Positions 10,537 through 23,231 of a stretch of 64,000 bases of DNA are shown piece by piece. Below the pieces are notes generated by a model. It was not told where the DNA came from. It was given only the letters and a program-made list of their open reading frames with translations, and ran no database searches. The stretch covers positions 3,844,001-3,908,000 of the forward strand of contig JBHGNT010000012.1 in NCBI GenBank assembly GCA_043228905.1, read 5' to 3'. This DNA comes from Azolla caroliniana. Lineage: Eukaryota; Plantae; Polypodiophyta. How positions within the stretch are numbered: position 1 is the first letter of the stretch; each line of letters starts with the position of its first letter. The translations under genes were made by a program, and so were the position numbers.

Positions 10537-13500
10537 ATGAATGATAGTGCAGAGACAAAACATGTTGATTTGATAGAATATGATCAGTCGAAGGAGGAAG
10601 AAGGGACTAATGAAAAAGAAAGTCTAAGAAATAATGAGCATTTAGAACAACATCAAGAGCAAGAACGTGAGTCTTAAGTTCTGAATTTCCTGTTTTTGTT
10701 TAGATTTTTTGTAACCCACTTTAAAAATAATATTTTTATATTGGACTTAGGTTTTATGTTAAACACTAAAGGTAAATAATGATTTTTGGAGTGCCATTTC
10801 ATCTTCAAAGTTTGAAGATTATCATATTCCTTTTCTTTATATTATTAAAAAAGAGGTTTCAGAAACCTTTTTACTTTCTAGATGGTTTCTATTTTTACTA
10901 ATCATTGTTGTAACTTCAATATATTGTGGTTTATAACAGCAACAAATGATTTATCATGACTTCTAAGTATAAACTATGGGTTTTTTTCCAATCTCTATTG
11001 CCTTTTTGGAGATTTGAAGAAATAGGAAACTGCTTAATTTGTTCCGTGCTATATGAATGATTGTTTGTGATCATGATATGCACATCTACTAATTATGTCC
11101 ATCCGTTGCCCTAAGGAAGGTACCTGATAGCATGCATTGATGGAAATCATTTAAACAGAGTCTACTCATTGGATCCTAGCTATTCGAGTAATATGTGCTC
11201 CCATGGAGTGTCTGGGATAATCATAAACGGACACAGTAAATATTGGGAGTTGGTAGGTCCACTATGAATGTAGTTGTCTACCTTATCAATGCAGAGCTGA
11301 ATTGATGATACCATCATAGATATAGAGTAGCGGAGGATTCAGTGGTTAATATGGTGGAGGGTTGAACTGCTCAAGCAGTCTGAAGATTAGAACATCATGC
11401 ACGAGATGATCCGTTTGATATATTATAGACACTTCTGCAATGGTTACAATGAACTCACCTTGATATGAGATCAAAATGACAAGAAAGGCAGAAGCACGAA
11501 ATTGCTACACTGATGAAATTGACGATTTCAGATGATTATATAACAGTTGCATTGAACTTAACTTGAGATGACATAGAAAATGACAAGAGGGCACAAGAAC
11601 AAAATTGATGATAACAGGATGACGAAATTTGTGGTTCAGAGGATTATGAAATTCATGGGGACTCCCAGATTCTATGAAAGGTGGAAGCAAAGAGTGTTAT
11701 CAATTTGATTGCGCTGGGTTTTTCTGAGGTTGTGAAATATTCACAATGGTCAGCAACTATAGCTACTTAAGGGGGCAAGTGGAATCTTTGATTTTTTCTT
11801 CTATGTTTCTGTTTCTATTTAATATTCAATAGAATGGCTGAATGTGATGAGGCATAGATGTGTGTATTTTTATCTTAATGGCTTTTCTATAGCCTTTAAT
11901 AGTTCTATTTTTGTGACCATTGTGTGCGCTAAGAAGGGAGACCACAGAAAGTAGCCAAACTATGGGAGAGTTAACAATCTATGATCTATTAGCTGTATTT
12001 ATTTGTATATCTGTGCCATAGACAGTTTCTTGTTGATTATATAGAAGCAAAAATCCATTTATTTTCAAGAGGATACATGTTTTCCCTACAAACTCAATTT
12101 GTTGGGAGAACTAGAGACATCCTACCCTTGTTCTATGCTTGGGCACAGTGAAAAAGTCTTCTCAAGCTATCTACAGTTGTACAGAATAATGGGTGGAAAC
12201 AGCTCAGAAAACAAATATGAACACAAAGGATAAAGAATATTTTTGCTTTATAATTACAAAAATCTTATCGTCTTACATCAATCTGAAATGGATGTTGGTG
12301 ATAAATAATCATAATTTCGAGCATTAAATAGATCTGAACTGTATAAGTCACTGTGAAGTCATAAATGTTGCTGGTTATTGTCTGTGTGTCTGGAAAGTTG
12401 ACAACCTTCCTTACTTTTGCTTGTGCAGGAAATGCAGATAAAATGGGAACACAAGCCTTTTGGTTGTCTCAATCTTCATCCAGTTTCTATGTAATTGAGG
12501 AGAGTGAGAAGAACCTTGTCAACTGTGTGGCTCCTCCTGCCTGTGAAGTAGATTATGAAGAGCTTACTACACCACATAAAAGAGTCCCAATCGGTCAGGA
12601 TTTCCAGGCTGAACTGCCTTCACAAATCTTAACAGCCCCTGAACTGGAGAGCGTGAAATGGCTTGGAGAGCACATATGGCCAAATCTTAAAAAACCTATT
12701 GTAACTGAAAAGAGTACTAGATCAGAAAAGAGTTCTAGCTTCAAGGCTGCTTATGGGATGTGCTGCTCTACTATCTCTGGTACTATAGATAGTGTTAAAC
12801 AGCATATTGAGGAGACCAGAAGGGCTTTAAAAGATGAACTCGGGGATGCATTTTATAAGTGGGGTTTCCATGAAATGGGGGAGATTGTAGCTGAAAGGTG
12901 GTCTGAAGCTGATGAATTGCTTTTCCGACAGGCTGTACAGAATAACCCTGCATCCTTTTGGGCGGAGCTGTATAAATTTTTCCCCTTGAAGGATCCAAAG
13001 GATTTGGTGAGTTACTATTTCAATGTGTTTGTCCTACGTAAAAGGGCAATCCAAAATAGGTTGGATCCAAACAATGTGGACAGTGATGATGATGAGATGT
13101 GGCTCGACAGTGATGGGCAGGAAGACAGTTTTGTTGATGTTCCCGAGGTGGGGGATGGCCCAAATGGAGGGAATGATTTTCTGAAGGATTATTTTGATGG
13201 TATTTGGGATAATATTGATGAATTATCCAGTGAGTCAGGGGATGATAATCTTGCAAGCCAATGCCAAGTATCTCCAACAGATGCAGTGCAATTAGAGAAT
13301 ATGGATAAGCAACAGTCTTTGTCTTCTGAATGTGTCAATGAGGCTGAAGATAAAGAGAATGAGTTTGAAACAGTGGAAAGAAACACGTTTATGGCGTGTC
13401 AGCACCTGTCTACCAACAAGGATTGTGAAATACGAATGCTACCTTGTACTGCATATTCAATATCAGAACCACAGGCTTCAGTAACTTCTTCGAAGAATGT

Positions 13501-13576
13501 TGAGAAGGTGGTTTTTACAAAAGAAAGTCAACGAGAGTCGATATCGAATGATTCACAGCTCTCAGCTCCAAGATAA
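10537..13576 (+). CDS. ELM2 plus SANT/Myb-like protein, resembling the C-terminal part of plant ARID1/ARID2 but with no ARID domain seen; coding exons 10537-10666 and 12429-13576
   Basis: KRVPIGQDFQAELP...KWLGEHIWP (ELM2 start); HIEETRRALKDELGDAFYKWGFHEMGEIVAERWSEADELLF; LVSYYFNVFVLRKRAIQNR..VDSDDDE. Donor C|GTGAGT (10666) and acceptor GCAG|GA (12428) are both phase 1. An in-frame stop at 10474 lies upstream of ATG 10537. A probable 5'UTR exon ends at 6614 (G|GTAAGT). Confidence 0.82.
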
Positions 13577-14494
13577 ATTGTGGGCAAAAAAGGTTTTGAA
13601 ACATGTACACTATGGGTTGGAGCTTTTTACCTGTGGATTCACTCCCAAGGGGTGAGTCAGATGCCGATGGCTGCATTCTGTAGAACTACAGATTTCTGCA
13701 ACATCATCAAAGAATGTTAAGAAAGTGGTTTTCACAAAGTTTGGAAGAAATAGTGTATCCAAAGCTTCCGTGGGTCTCAGCTAAAATGTGATGATATTTG
13801 TTAGGGTAGATTAATGTATGAAACAGGTTTAAGATATATCTCTATGATTAAATTCCGGGGGTAGGTTCATGTATGAAACAGGTTTGATGTGTACACTAAA
13901 TATATTCCCATTGTGCTGATGATGTTTTCTATATTTCACATTCTGGTAGAACAGATTTTTCATCTGGTGAAAAGAAATGAGTCAAATATTAATAATTTTT
14001 GTATCGATACAGTATAGACTTTCCTTTTAAGCTTGTTAGACATTGATTCAATTGACTGAATCATCACCTAGAAGGTAGGGGTTGAGAACACATACATCTA
14101 GCTTCAGCAATGTTCTTTCCTCAGTATGGTTATGCTCACAGGACTGAAATTGAGAAACACACTTCTAATTGTAGTTATTCAGTCCTTTTCAATTGGCAAA
14201 ATGGCTAAAACTATGTCATAAATTCTGTGATAAAACTGTAGTTTTTTTGTCAAAGGACAGCATGATTGTGGTTTTTTTTGAAATTTCTTCCACAGATGCT
14301 GAGCTAGTATTTCTTCAATTAACCTTATCAGGTTGGCTTGTTCATTGTGTGAAATAAAGATCCATTTTGATGTTTTTTAACTACAGATGTTTAATTATAT
14401 CTCTTGTTAAACCTATCAATTTTTTTATTAGTATACGGCTTCAACATGAATTGCATGCTTGATATGCCAAGAAAGTACCCCCCCTAAAGAAAAC

Positions 14495-14692
14495 TTGAAC
14501 TTGAAAACCATTAAGGTAGCCATTGCATCCTTTCTCCCTTGTGGCCTTGTAATGGACATAATCCATCATGTGGAATAAAAGGTAATGCAAATATTTGAAC
14601 TTGAAAACCATGAAGGTAGCCTTTGCATCCTTTCTCCCTTGTGACCTTGTAATGGACGTAAACCATCATGTGGAATTAAAGGCAAGCAAATA
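14495..14692. repeat. Tandem duplication, 2 x ~100 bp
   Basis: TTGAACTTGAAAACCAT...CCATCATGTGGAAT occurs twice. Confidence 0.9.
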
Positions 14693-15467
14693 GTGAGAAT
14701 TATGCCATGTAAACCTACAAATGGTGAACTCATGTCACCCTCTTTGAAATCTCCAACAAGGAGAATTTGCCAAACCTGCCAAGTAAATGCTTAGAGCAAA
14801 GCTACTCTGACCATAGCCTGCCAAAATATATATACTTCAGCTTTGAAATGAAGACAAAACTACAACCCAAGTTACCCAAGTTACCCAAGCTTCTTGTGCT
14901 TACTAATTATTTGGTGATGTGCATAATTTCTTTTTAATTCGGCATATCCTTAACGATTTGCAAATTTCCAATCAACCCCAAGCAAAGCCTCAAATCAAAA
15001 CTAGAATTCAGTATAGCAATATGTGCACGTCTAACAACCAATGTCATGATTTGGCATGTGTGAAGGGTGAAAAATGCCAAAAGGCCTTGTTTCACAATAG
15101 GGGAGAAAGCACCAATGCAATAGCTACAACTTGATAATAGAGTAGATATGGGGAGGCACTATCCCTCATAATGCATGGAATGAGATTAAGAAGATTCAAA
15201 CGATGTTTTTAAGGAGACAACCAGAAGTTAAATCCACCTATCAACTAGAAGATCCGTATTGGTGGCATATTCTTCCCACTACATTCCAAACTTCAACTAA
15301 ACCATTTGGCCCATTATCGGCTTTTAGTTGAATGTCCAGCTTCATTCTCTCTTCTTGATTGATACACTTCCAAGAACAAGAGCACCTTATGCAACTCCAT
15401 TGGTCTTTAATGTTGCTCTTAAGAGTTGAACAAAATAATGCTCAAACAGAGTACCATTGTGCTTGAA

Positions 15468-15875
15468 ATCTTGGGAAAAAAAGAACTCAACATCAAGTAA
15501 CAATTTGGAAGTTTTCCATAGTTTCACAATACACATCATTATCGAATCTTTAATACTCTATTTCACATAAAAAAAGGTAGCATCGAGATGATAACTTCAC
15601 ATATTGCTGATGACCAAACATCCAAATGCAATGTATATCTCTTCGCATCATAGTTAAACAAAAATGAAGTTTGCCACTGTGTGTGAATCTTGGGGGAAAA
15701 AACTCAACATGGAGGCCAGGTGACAATTTGGAAGTTTTCATAGTTTCAAAATATAATATGATTATATATACATATCATTATCAAACCTGTTGTAATCTGT
15801 GTTTACACAAAAAAGGTAGGACTCAGATGAAGACCTTATATATTGCTGATGACCAGACATCCAAGTGGAATGTTC
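15468..15875. repeat. Diverged tandem duplication, 2 x ~220 bp
   Basis: Shared blocks AACTCAACAT, ACAATTTGGAAGTTTTC, AAAAAAGGTAG and ATATTGCTGATGACCA occur in the same order twice. Confidence 0.8.
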
Positions 15876-16150
15876 GCACCATATTTACAAGTAAAGTTCT
15901 TTACCATAACTTGTGAGACAAGGTTCTTATAGGCTCATGATAATAAATATAGCAACAACACCTCTTCAAGGTGCTTATAGGTTTCATTGAAAATTTTCAA
16001 GATAAACAACAGAAACATTGTGTTGTCATGATCCTCCCAAATAGAACTGGAACCTATGACCAATCAAATTCTAAAGGGTAATATACAACCTTGACAAGAG
16101 CGACCATCTGATTCTAGGAGGAACTGGACTCCTAGAATTCGAATTCTCAC

Positions 16151-19100
16151 TTACATATTTCCTTTCTGCTCCCACCTAGCCTTTGTATCGAGCCTGAAAT
16201 GTGGTACTAAATTAATGGCCATTTTAATCATGTGAAATCTAGAAAAAGACATTTTCAAATGCAAAATACATACCCCCAGCGCAGTTTTTGTGGCTTTTTC
16301 CTTGGAATGTTTGAATTATCTCTCTGTTATAAACACTAAAATAAGATATTGATAATTCCAGTAACAGTATCATGCTCTTCTGTTATTAATAGCTATAACA
16401 CTAATTGTAATTATAAATAACAAATATAATACAGGTAAAGAAACATATTATCAACATTTTACTGATATATGTCCATCTGACCCTTCTAACAAGCAATTCC
16501 AAGATGAAAAGCAGGAAGGTAACGATATTTCTGATGGACTGAATGAATGTTCTCTGAAAGTCACATGGCCTCTCCTAACCCTCTCACTCCATCTTTCTTA
16601 AAAGGGAAAACTTCAAAACTCCAGAGTTTGTCTTTATTTGCCTGAACGCCTGTTAAGTACTCATCATCTAAAGGAAGGCCATGATTCAACCAACAAAATA
16701 AAAATTATGGTAATAAATTGATCATTTAAGTTCTGAAATAGCAAATATAATTGGCCAAGGGTTGAAAATGGCATTTGACAAAATAAGGAAAACTGAGGGG
16801 CATTTGCGAGAATAAAGAAAAACTCGGGCATTTCAGACTTTTTCCTTTATTTTTCGGGATAGGATCATAGAGTATAATAGATTTTAAATGAGTTGAGAAT
16901 CCACTGCATTATAACTTACGAATTTTTGGGTTAGGAGCAAAGAGTATAACAGATTTGAATGAGTTCAGGATCCACTCCATAATATCTTAAAATCTCCAGA
17001 AATCTCATACTGAATCTCAGACGAAACAACTGACAAACTAGTTGGATGTCACAGATGTTGGAAAATTGGAGAGGGAAAAAGGACAGTTGGATAGGATTAA
17101 ATTAGGACCCTATAGGGAAGGGCTAAGGGGTATTGGATGGATAAACAGTGTCAGAAGAGAAAGTTACCTAGGCGCAATCCAAGAACTTGAGACAAGAGAA
17201 CTAGATGAGAAAATGACGAGAGACAACACTATACATCCCAATATCAGTGTTGACTTGCTAAAGATATTGGAAGGAACCATTTCACATACAACGCATGGGC
17301 AATGCATGCAATCTCTTCCAACCTTACATGTCCCAACTTTCCAAGACTACACAACCTTAAAACATTACAATTTTCCACACTTAGTGGCGATGACATATAT
17401 AGTGCCTATATTATATTTTCGTACCTTTATAAGACCAAATCAAAATGCTAATATAAAGATCCCCACCCCCATCAGTATTTCTTCCCAACATCTCATTTCA
17501 TCCCATCCATGCCTGCATCCTCATTATTGTCATTTCATATCCTATATGTGATTACATTATTCTATCATTCTATGAGTGCATTAGAGAGTGATCCCTTTGC
17601 CTAAGAGCTTGTGTGCACAAGCTTAAGGACGACATGTTGCACTAGTAGATAGTGTACAAAAGGCTTAGAACTAAAGTTCATTGTTTTCGTATCTTTGACG
17701 ATAGAACGAAGGGACAGATGTTGCTTCTCTAGTTTGCATGAGGCTCTCACAATGGTTTATTACAAATGGAGAGGAAAACATGAAGAAGTCTTGTCAACTA
17801 GATGTTGCATAATGTTCCGAATCTCAAAGAGAAAAAAGATGCAAATGATGCAGAAGTAAATTCCAAAGTCTTTGGTGGGAGATAGAAAGAAAAACCATAA
17901 TGAACTATGAGACGTGACAAAGATTAAAACAGTTTATGTTAACTCGTCAATTCAAGTGGCAAACAAAAAATGGCTTCTATTCTAGCTTCCAAAACTAAAT
18001 GTCTTGAAATGTAATCATGAATAATCAACAATTAGGATTGATGTTTGATCACTGAAACTGCAATTACTGCCCTCTGAAACAATTATAATGGGGTGATCCA
18101 ATATGGAACGGTTAGTGGAGCGAAAAGCCACATGCTATTATGATATGATGACACTTGCCATCATAGAAACAAAACATAAGACTTACCTTATTATTGTTTG
18201 CATCAAGAAGACTCCCTCTGTGAATGTGAATGTTGTCATTCGCTTTGGCATCATGAATATAGCAACCATCTAATTTCGGAATCTCCACATTTTTATGGTC
18301 TCGTTGGGCTGGAAACATAAACCACATGAATGTAATTAGAAAAACTTACTTAGTGATGATAAAAAACTTATTAACAAAGAGCACTGAACCTTTTTTCAGA
18401 TATTTGTTTGTACATTTCAACTGTAGCCTTCGTTGCCTCAAGGCCTGTATGATATAAAAAACAATAGTATCATCTACCTCATCGCATGGAAATAGGTACA
18501 TAATTCATACAATTTGCTCAATCTGATATACAGGCGATTTGACTAATCCAGAGAATCCAAAAAAAAAACAATCACTAGATAATCATTACAGTAGTAACAC
18601 ACACAAACTTTAAACAACATACACAGGAGATGCAACCAATCTGGAAATCCAGAAAATCTAACACATAGATATGGATGGCATATGTTCGATGTAACAATTA
18701 TCTACTTACATAGCAACAATACCAAAGAAGAAGAAGAAGCTTATTTATTTTTATCATAGTCACCATCTAAGATATGCTTAAGGGATAATTCAATTCATCC
18801 CAGGACATTCTTATATAATTTGTTTTTGTGAGGTTGTACTAATATCAGGAGATAGAGGATTATATATCTATAAAGTTGAAATGTTCTTCTTCCTAAGATT
18901 ATATCAAAGAGATGTTAGCATGCCTGTAGTTTTTCGAGTTGTTCTTTGGTGACATTTTTAGAAGAGAAATTAGGTCGAAGAGCTGGAGCTGATGCCAGTG
19001 CTACCTCTTTGTCATTGTCTGTTGACATATATACCTGAAAACAAATGAGACATGAACATAAAGAAAATAAACGATTCATGTGATCCATAGTACTCTTATT

Positions 19101-19731
19101 CAGGTAATTTACGCATGATGAGAGTTTGTATTCATATGTCTACATTGTAAAAAAACAAACCAAGAGCACTTAAATTAGTAAGTAGAACCTGTGACTCGAG
19201 GGCTTTTAAAAATGTCTGAACCTTTTTTGCCTTGGTGGCATGGTTAACACAAAAATGATGAAATATAGGTCAATTGACAAAAAAGCGAGTGATTCAGAGT
19301 TGTAGTTCAATCAAAAAACAACACAATAAAAAAACAAGTTGCAACTTCAAAGACAAGCAGGCAATCTCAGAAAGCAAAAGTGAGTTATAGCTGCAAAAGA
19401 TTAAGCCTAAAAACTCTAAGAGCAATCTATACAAGTAGTGAAAACTGAATTGAATTTTAATAATGACACCTTAGGCCTACACAAATCTCAGAACAATCTG
19501 TTGAGAAGGTGCAAAACCAATTTATGCTTAGCCATGAAACATTAAGATTTTGAAATTTACACGCATCACGTTTAGACTTCGATGCTAGAAATTCCAAAGA
19601 AACTCATAGAAAAACGAGTTGAAAGCAGTGAGGAAAAGAACCGGTTTTGAGCCGAAAAACCTCAGGTCATATTCCTGAGATGAAGCTACAGGAAATCCGG
19701 GAAAGATATTCTTCTAAATGTGCGTGCGTGC

Positions 19732-19762
<31 letters not shown>

Positions 19763-19845
19763 CGCGCATCGATAGGTTAAAGAAAGAAAGAAAGGCACGT
19801 TACGCTGTGCTGCTCTGGATCGGTCTGTCTGCAGAGGACGTCCAT
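16151..19845 (-). CDS. FAM204A-like small protein (~140 aa); exons 19845-19804, 19034-18924, 18444-18390, 18308-18187, 16323-16274, 16193-16151
   Basis: Not in the ORF track; assembled by hand. MDVLCRQTDPEQHS|VYMSTDNDKEVALASAPALRPNFSSKNVTKEQLEKLQ|ALRQRRLQLK...|RDNSNIPRKKPQKLRWG|LDTKARWEQKGNM*. All junctions are in phase. The C-terminus matches the KLxWGxxxKxRWExKxNM signature of FAM204A. Intron 2 is GC-AG. Confidence 0.8.
16750..16847. mobile_element. Mutator-like TIR end fragment in FAM204A-like intron 4
   Basis: Three GGCATTT motifs with AATAA(G/A)GAAAA spacers end in GACTTTTTCC. The motif style is the same as at 6170-6460. Confidence 0.35.
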
Positions 19846-20465
19846 TCCTCCGCTGCGACTGCGACGGCGATGGCGATGGCGATGGCGATGGCGATGGCGA
19901 AACCCTTCTGTTCTGTTCTGAGTTCTCTTTGGTTTGTTTGTTTGTTTAGTTATGGTGTGGAATGGTGAAGAGGAAGAGAAGAGAAGAAGAAGAGAAGAAG
20001 AGGCTAAGACATTAATTCTGCTCTCTCTCATTCTAAGTAAATGTTATTGTAGAAGAAGAAGAAGAAGAAGTGTGGAACTGCACTTAGGGGGTGTAAAATG
20101 TGATCATTTTTTTGGCACCTGCCGAGATAGGTTCGGCTCGATTCGAAATCCTTGAGCTTTGATGTTATCCGTTTATCACACCTAATTCTCGACACCAACA
20201 TGTATGCTAGTCATCCATATGTTGATGCCTCTTGGGTTATTATATATATCCCAATGAGAGAGCCTATTATGCTCTGGTACTATTGGTTGAAAATCTCACA
20301 GTTTTTCCTGAAGAAAAGCTAGCGAACCAAGTCCTCCTTAGGCATTAGGCCCCGAAGTCTGGAACCCAACCGGAGGTATGACTGAGCAGCTTAAGGCATT
20401 GGTTTGCGAGACGTTTTTAATAATGAGTTGATCATGGAAGATTAGGGTTTGTAGACACATAATAC

Positions 20466-20504
<39 letters not shown>

Positions 20505-20700
20505 ATGAATGAATGAAAGAAAGAAAGATATATTAACATCTTCTAAGACCAAAATTGGGCCCATGACAAAATAAATCAGCCTATGAAATAAATCATAATT
20601 ATAGGTTGGAGTAAGTTCATGCTATTCATATTGAAATAACACAATAAAAGCTCTAGGTTACTTAAAGATTCATGATAATGATCTTGCATGTTGTGGAATG
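20505..20700 (-). mobile_element. Short decayed LINE 3'-end fragment
   Basis: It shares the GAAAGAAAGAAAGATATATTAAC terminal sequence with the element at 21607. Confidence 0.45.
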
Positions 20701-21604
20701 ATTCTTGAGATGATCTACTATCATGAAGTGTATAACTAATATATACGGTTGAGTAGCAATGAAGGGACAAAGTATTCAAGGTTCGTTGGCGTAGTGAACA
20801 AAAGTTTTGAAGAAATTCACCCAGGAGAATTTGGCTTTTCCTCAAGTGGATCACACATGGAGAACGATGATAATAATAAGAAACACAATACATACTATAG
20901 CATTTATACTTGGGTGTTCACACTTAAACCTTATATTATAGGGGTTGTTTCATGCAAAAATCCTAGTAGAGCTCCATTCGTAACTTGTTGATCTCTTTTA
21001 ATAATATTTAATTCTTACTAATAATAAATGGGAAAAACCTTAGAAATGCCTATAAAATGTCCCCAAGTTTTTGGTATTTCCTATCAAACTACTTGGGAGA
21101 GAAAAGAATGATCCATATGAGCCCAAACCCTCCTCTATTAGGGTTCCTTGGGGAACCACAAGTAAACAAAGCTATAGGAGTTCCAATTTTCTTCCCTATA
21201 ATTAAGCATCTTTATTGAAATTTGCTTTATGTAATCATTTAATCTATATCAAAAACATTTTCACCCAACTCCTATTAATCTGCATTGTTATTTGCTCATC
21301 TTCCCTAGTTCAAAACCTTGGAATTGCATGTCTCCTAGATCAAAACCTTCGTGATTTTGTCTCAACACATGAATTCACAATTTACACATCAACACAACAT
21401 TGTTTTACCTCAAGATAACTTTGAGTAGGCTAACAATTTCGAGTTGAACAAGGGTTACACAAATGATCCTACATGAACCATCAAAAGAAAAAATAATAAA
21501 AAGTGAATGCGAAAAGGAACATTGAATGCAGCAATGTCACATATTAACAACTAACAATTAGATGGACAATGAGGAAGGCAAAGGGAAAAGATTGCAATGC
21601 AAGT

Positions 21605-22250
21605 CGAAAGAAAGAAAGATATATTAACGTCTTTTAAGAGGCCAAAATGGCCTATAAGACCAAATAAGAGATTACATCTTGAGTGTTGTCTCATCTTTGA
21701 GAACAAATCAAAATAAAATAAATACTACACAGTAAATATAAAAGTAAATAAGATGAAAAGAGAAGAAACGAGGGAATCTGGTTTTTGGCACATGTGAGAA
21801 TGGAAATGTCTCCGAAGCGAGGGAAGCACCTACGATGGCGGGAGATAATGTCTTTTATCTATCGATGACAAGGGTGTCAAGGTTGTGGTCCATGGGGGCG
21901 GGGCCTACGTGCACGGCAAATTGCTATTGCCCAATCAATTATAACCCCTTTGTTATGTCTTGGTCTGGAGCCCATTTGTGTATCCCGTGATGGGGCTAAA
22001 GAAAGTTGTGATTGTTCTTTGTGGATGAGCTTGTGTGGTTGTATTCTTCAACAACTTTTCCCGATGTCTCTTGAGCTCTAGCAAGAAAAGTCCTAGGCAT
22101 CGTTGGTCCTCATATTCCATTACCCTGTGTAGTGGGCCAAAGCCTTGTTTAAAGAGGCAATGGTATCTCCCTCTGATTTCATAAAAGACACTACAATGAC
22201 AAACATAATGTTCCTCAAATTCCACTCCTTGACGACACAATTGGCAAGAT
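21605..22250 (-). mobile_element. 5'-truncated LINE (RTE-like) 3' end
   Basis: The minus strand reads CQLCRQGVEFEEHYVCHC..YEIRGRY, a C-terminal CCHC knuckle, followed by a 3'UTR ending in a (TTTC)n tail at ~21607-21618. Confidence 0.7.
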
Positions 22251-23231
22251 GATGCTAAGTGACAACATGATCATTGGAACAAAGTCATAAATTCAAAACA
22301 AGAAAGACACAACAAATAGGGGGGAAAAATCTTTAAAACCCTTTTAAGTGAAGTTGGTTCATATCAAGGGGTTTTTGCCATAATAATCCCTTTGTCTTTT
22401 TTGGGCATGGAGAACAACAACTTAATTCAAATACAAACTCCATCTTTTTGTAAAAAGCTTTGTACCCAAATCGCTATAAGGGTGTGTGGGATCTTAAAGA
22501 TAAACATAATTATAGTGGGAGAGCTCACAAGCAAGGTGCAATGTATATATGTTTTGCAAAACAAAATCCACCCAACTAGGTGTAGGTAGAGGTGTGAAGT
22601 ATACTTACCATAGTAAAGTTGGCATTTAAGATATACCCAACTGCACTGCAATATGCCGAAGAATCACAACAATGAATCATATCCTCCCAAGTTGTCACAT
22701 CATCATCCTCTATTTTGACTTATTTAGCAAGTATGGACAATAGTGAGTACCTATTAAATAGCTACAGCCGTTGTGTGACCCTATGGTTTGAGGCCCCTAT
22801 GTGTGCATACATCTGGCTACTACTTTGGAGCCAATCAGGTTACTTCTGATAAAACACAAGACATTAGGGCCAATTGGAATAGTGTCAATTCTATCCCTCT
22901 TAACCTTTGTGTGAAAGTTATCACATCACATGTTACAAATTACCGCCCTTGAAGTTTGTAAGGGGCGATTGCACTGTCTATGATGCCAATGTGAAGCTTA
23001 ATAAATCGTCATAAATGCGCATCATTGAAGCTCACCTTCTGGATAATTGTTTGTCACATCTTAATCCCCCACTATTGTGAGAGTAGATTCACTCCAACCC
23101 ACAAAACTCTAATGTACAAGAAGAATGCTTTGATGCTCTCAGATTGTATACAAAATGCTGCTTTACATGACCATTGAAGCATTATTTCAAGATGAGCACA
23201 TACAGCTGCTACACTAGAGCATCCTGAAAAT

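Noticed and set aside
16462-16650. Two possible extra FAM204A-like exons
   Set aside because: Joining them needs a 34-nt intron, and exon 4 already joins exon 5 in phase.
17042-17635. 169-aa ORF or possible solo LTR in the FAM204A-like intron
   Set aside because: No domain recognised. TG...CA ends are possible, but I found no matching TSD.
20729-21461. Possible solo LTR (TGTATAAC...GTTACACA)
   Set aside because: The terminal repeat is imperfect and no TSD is evident.
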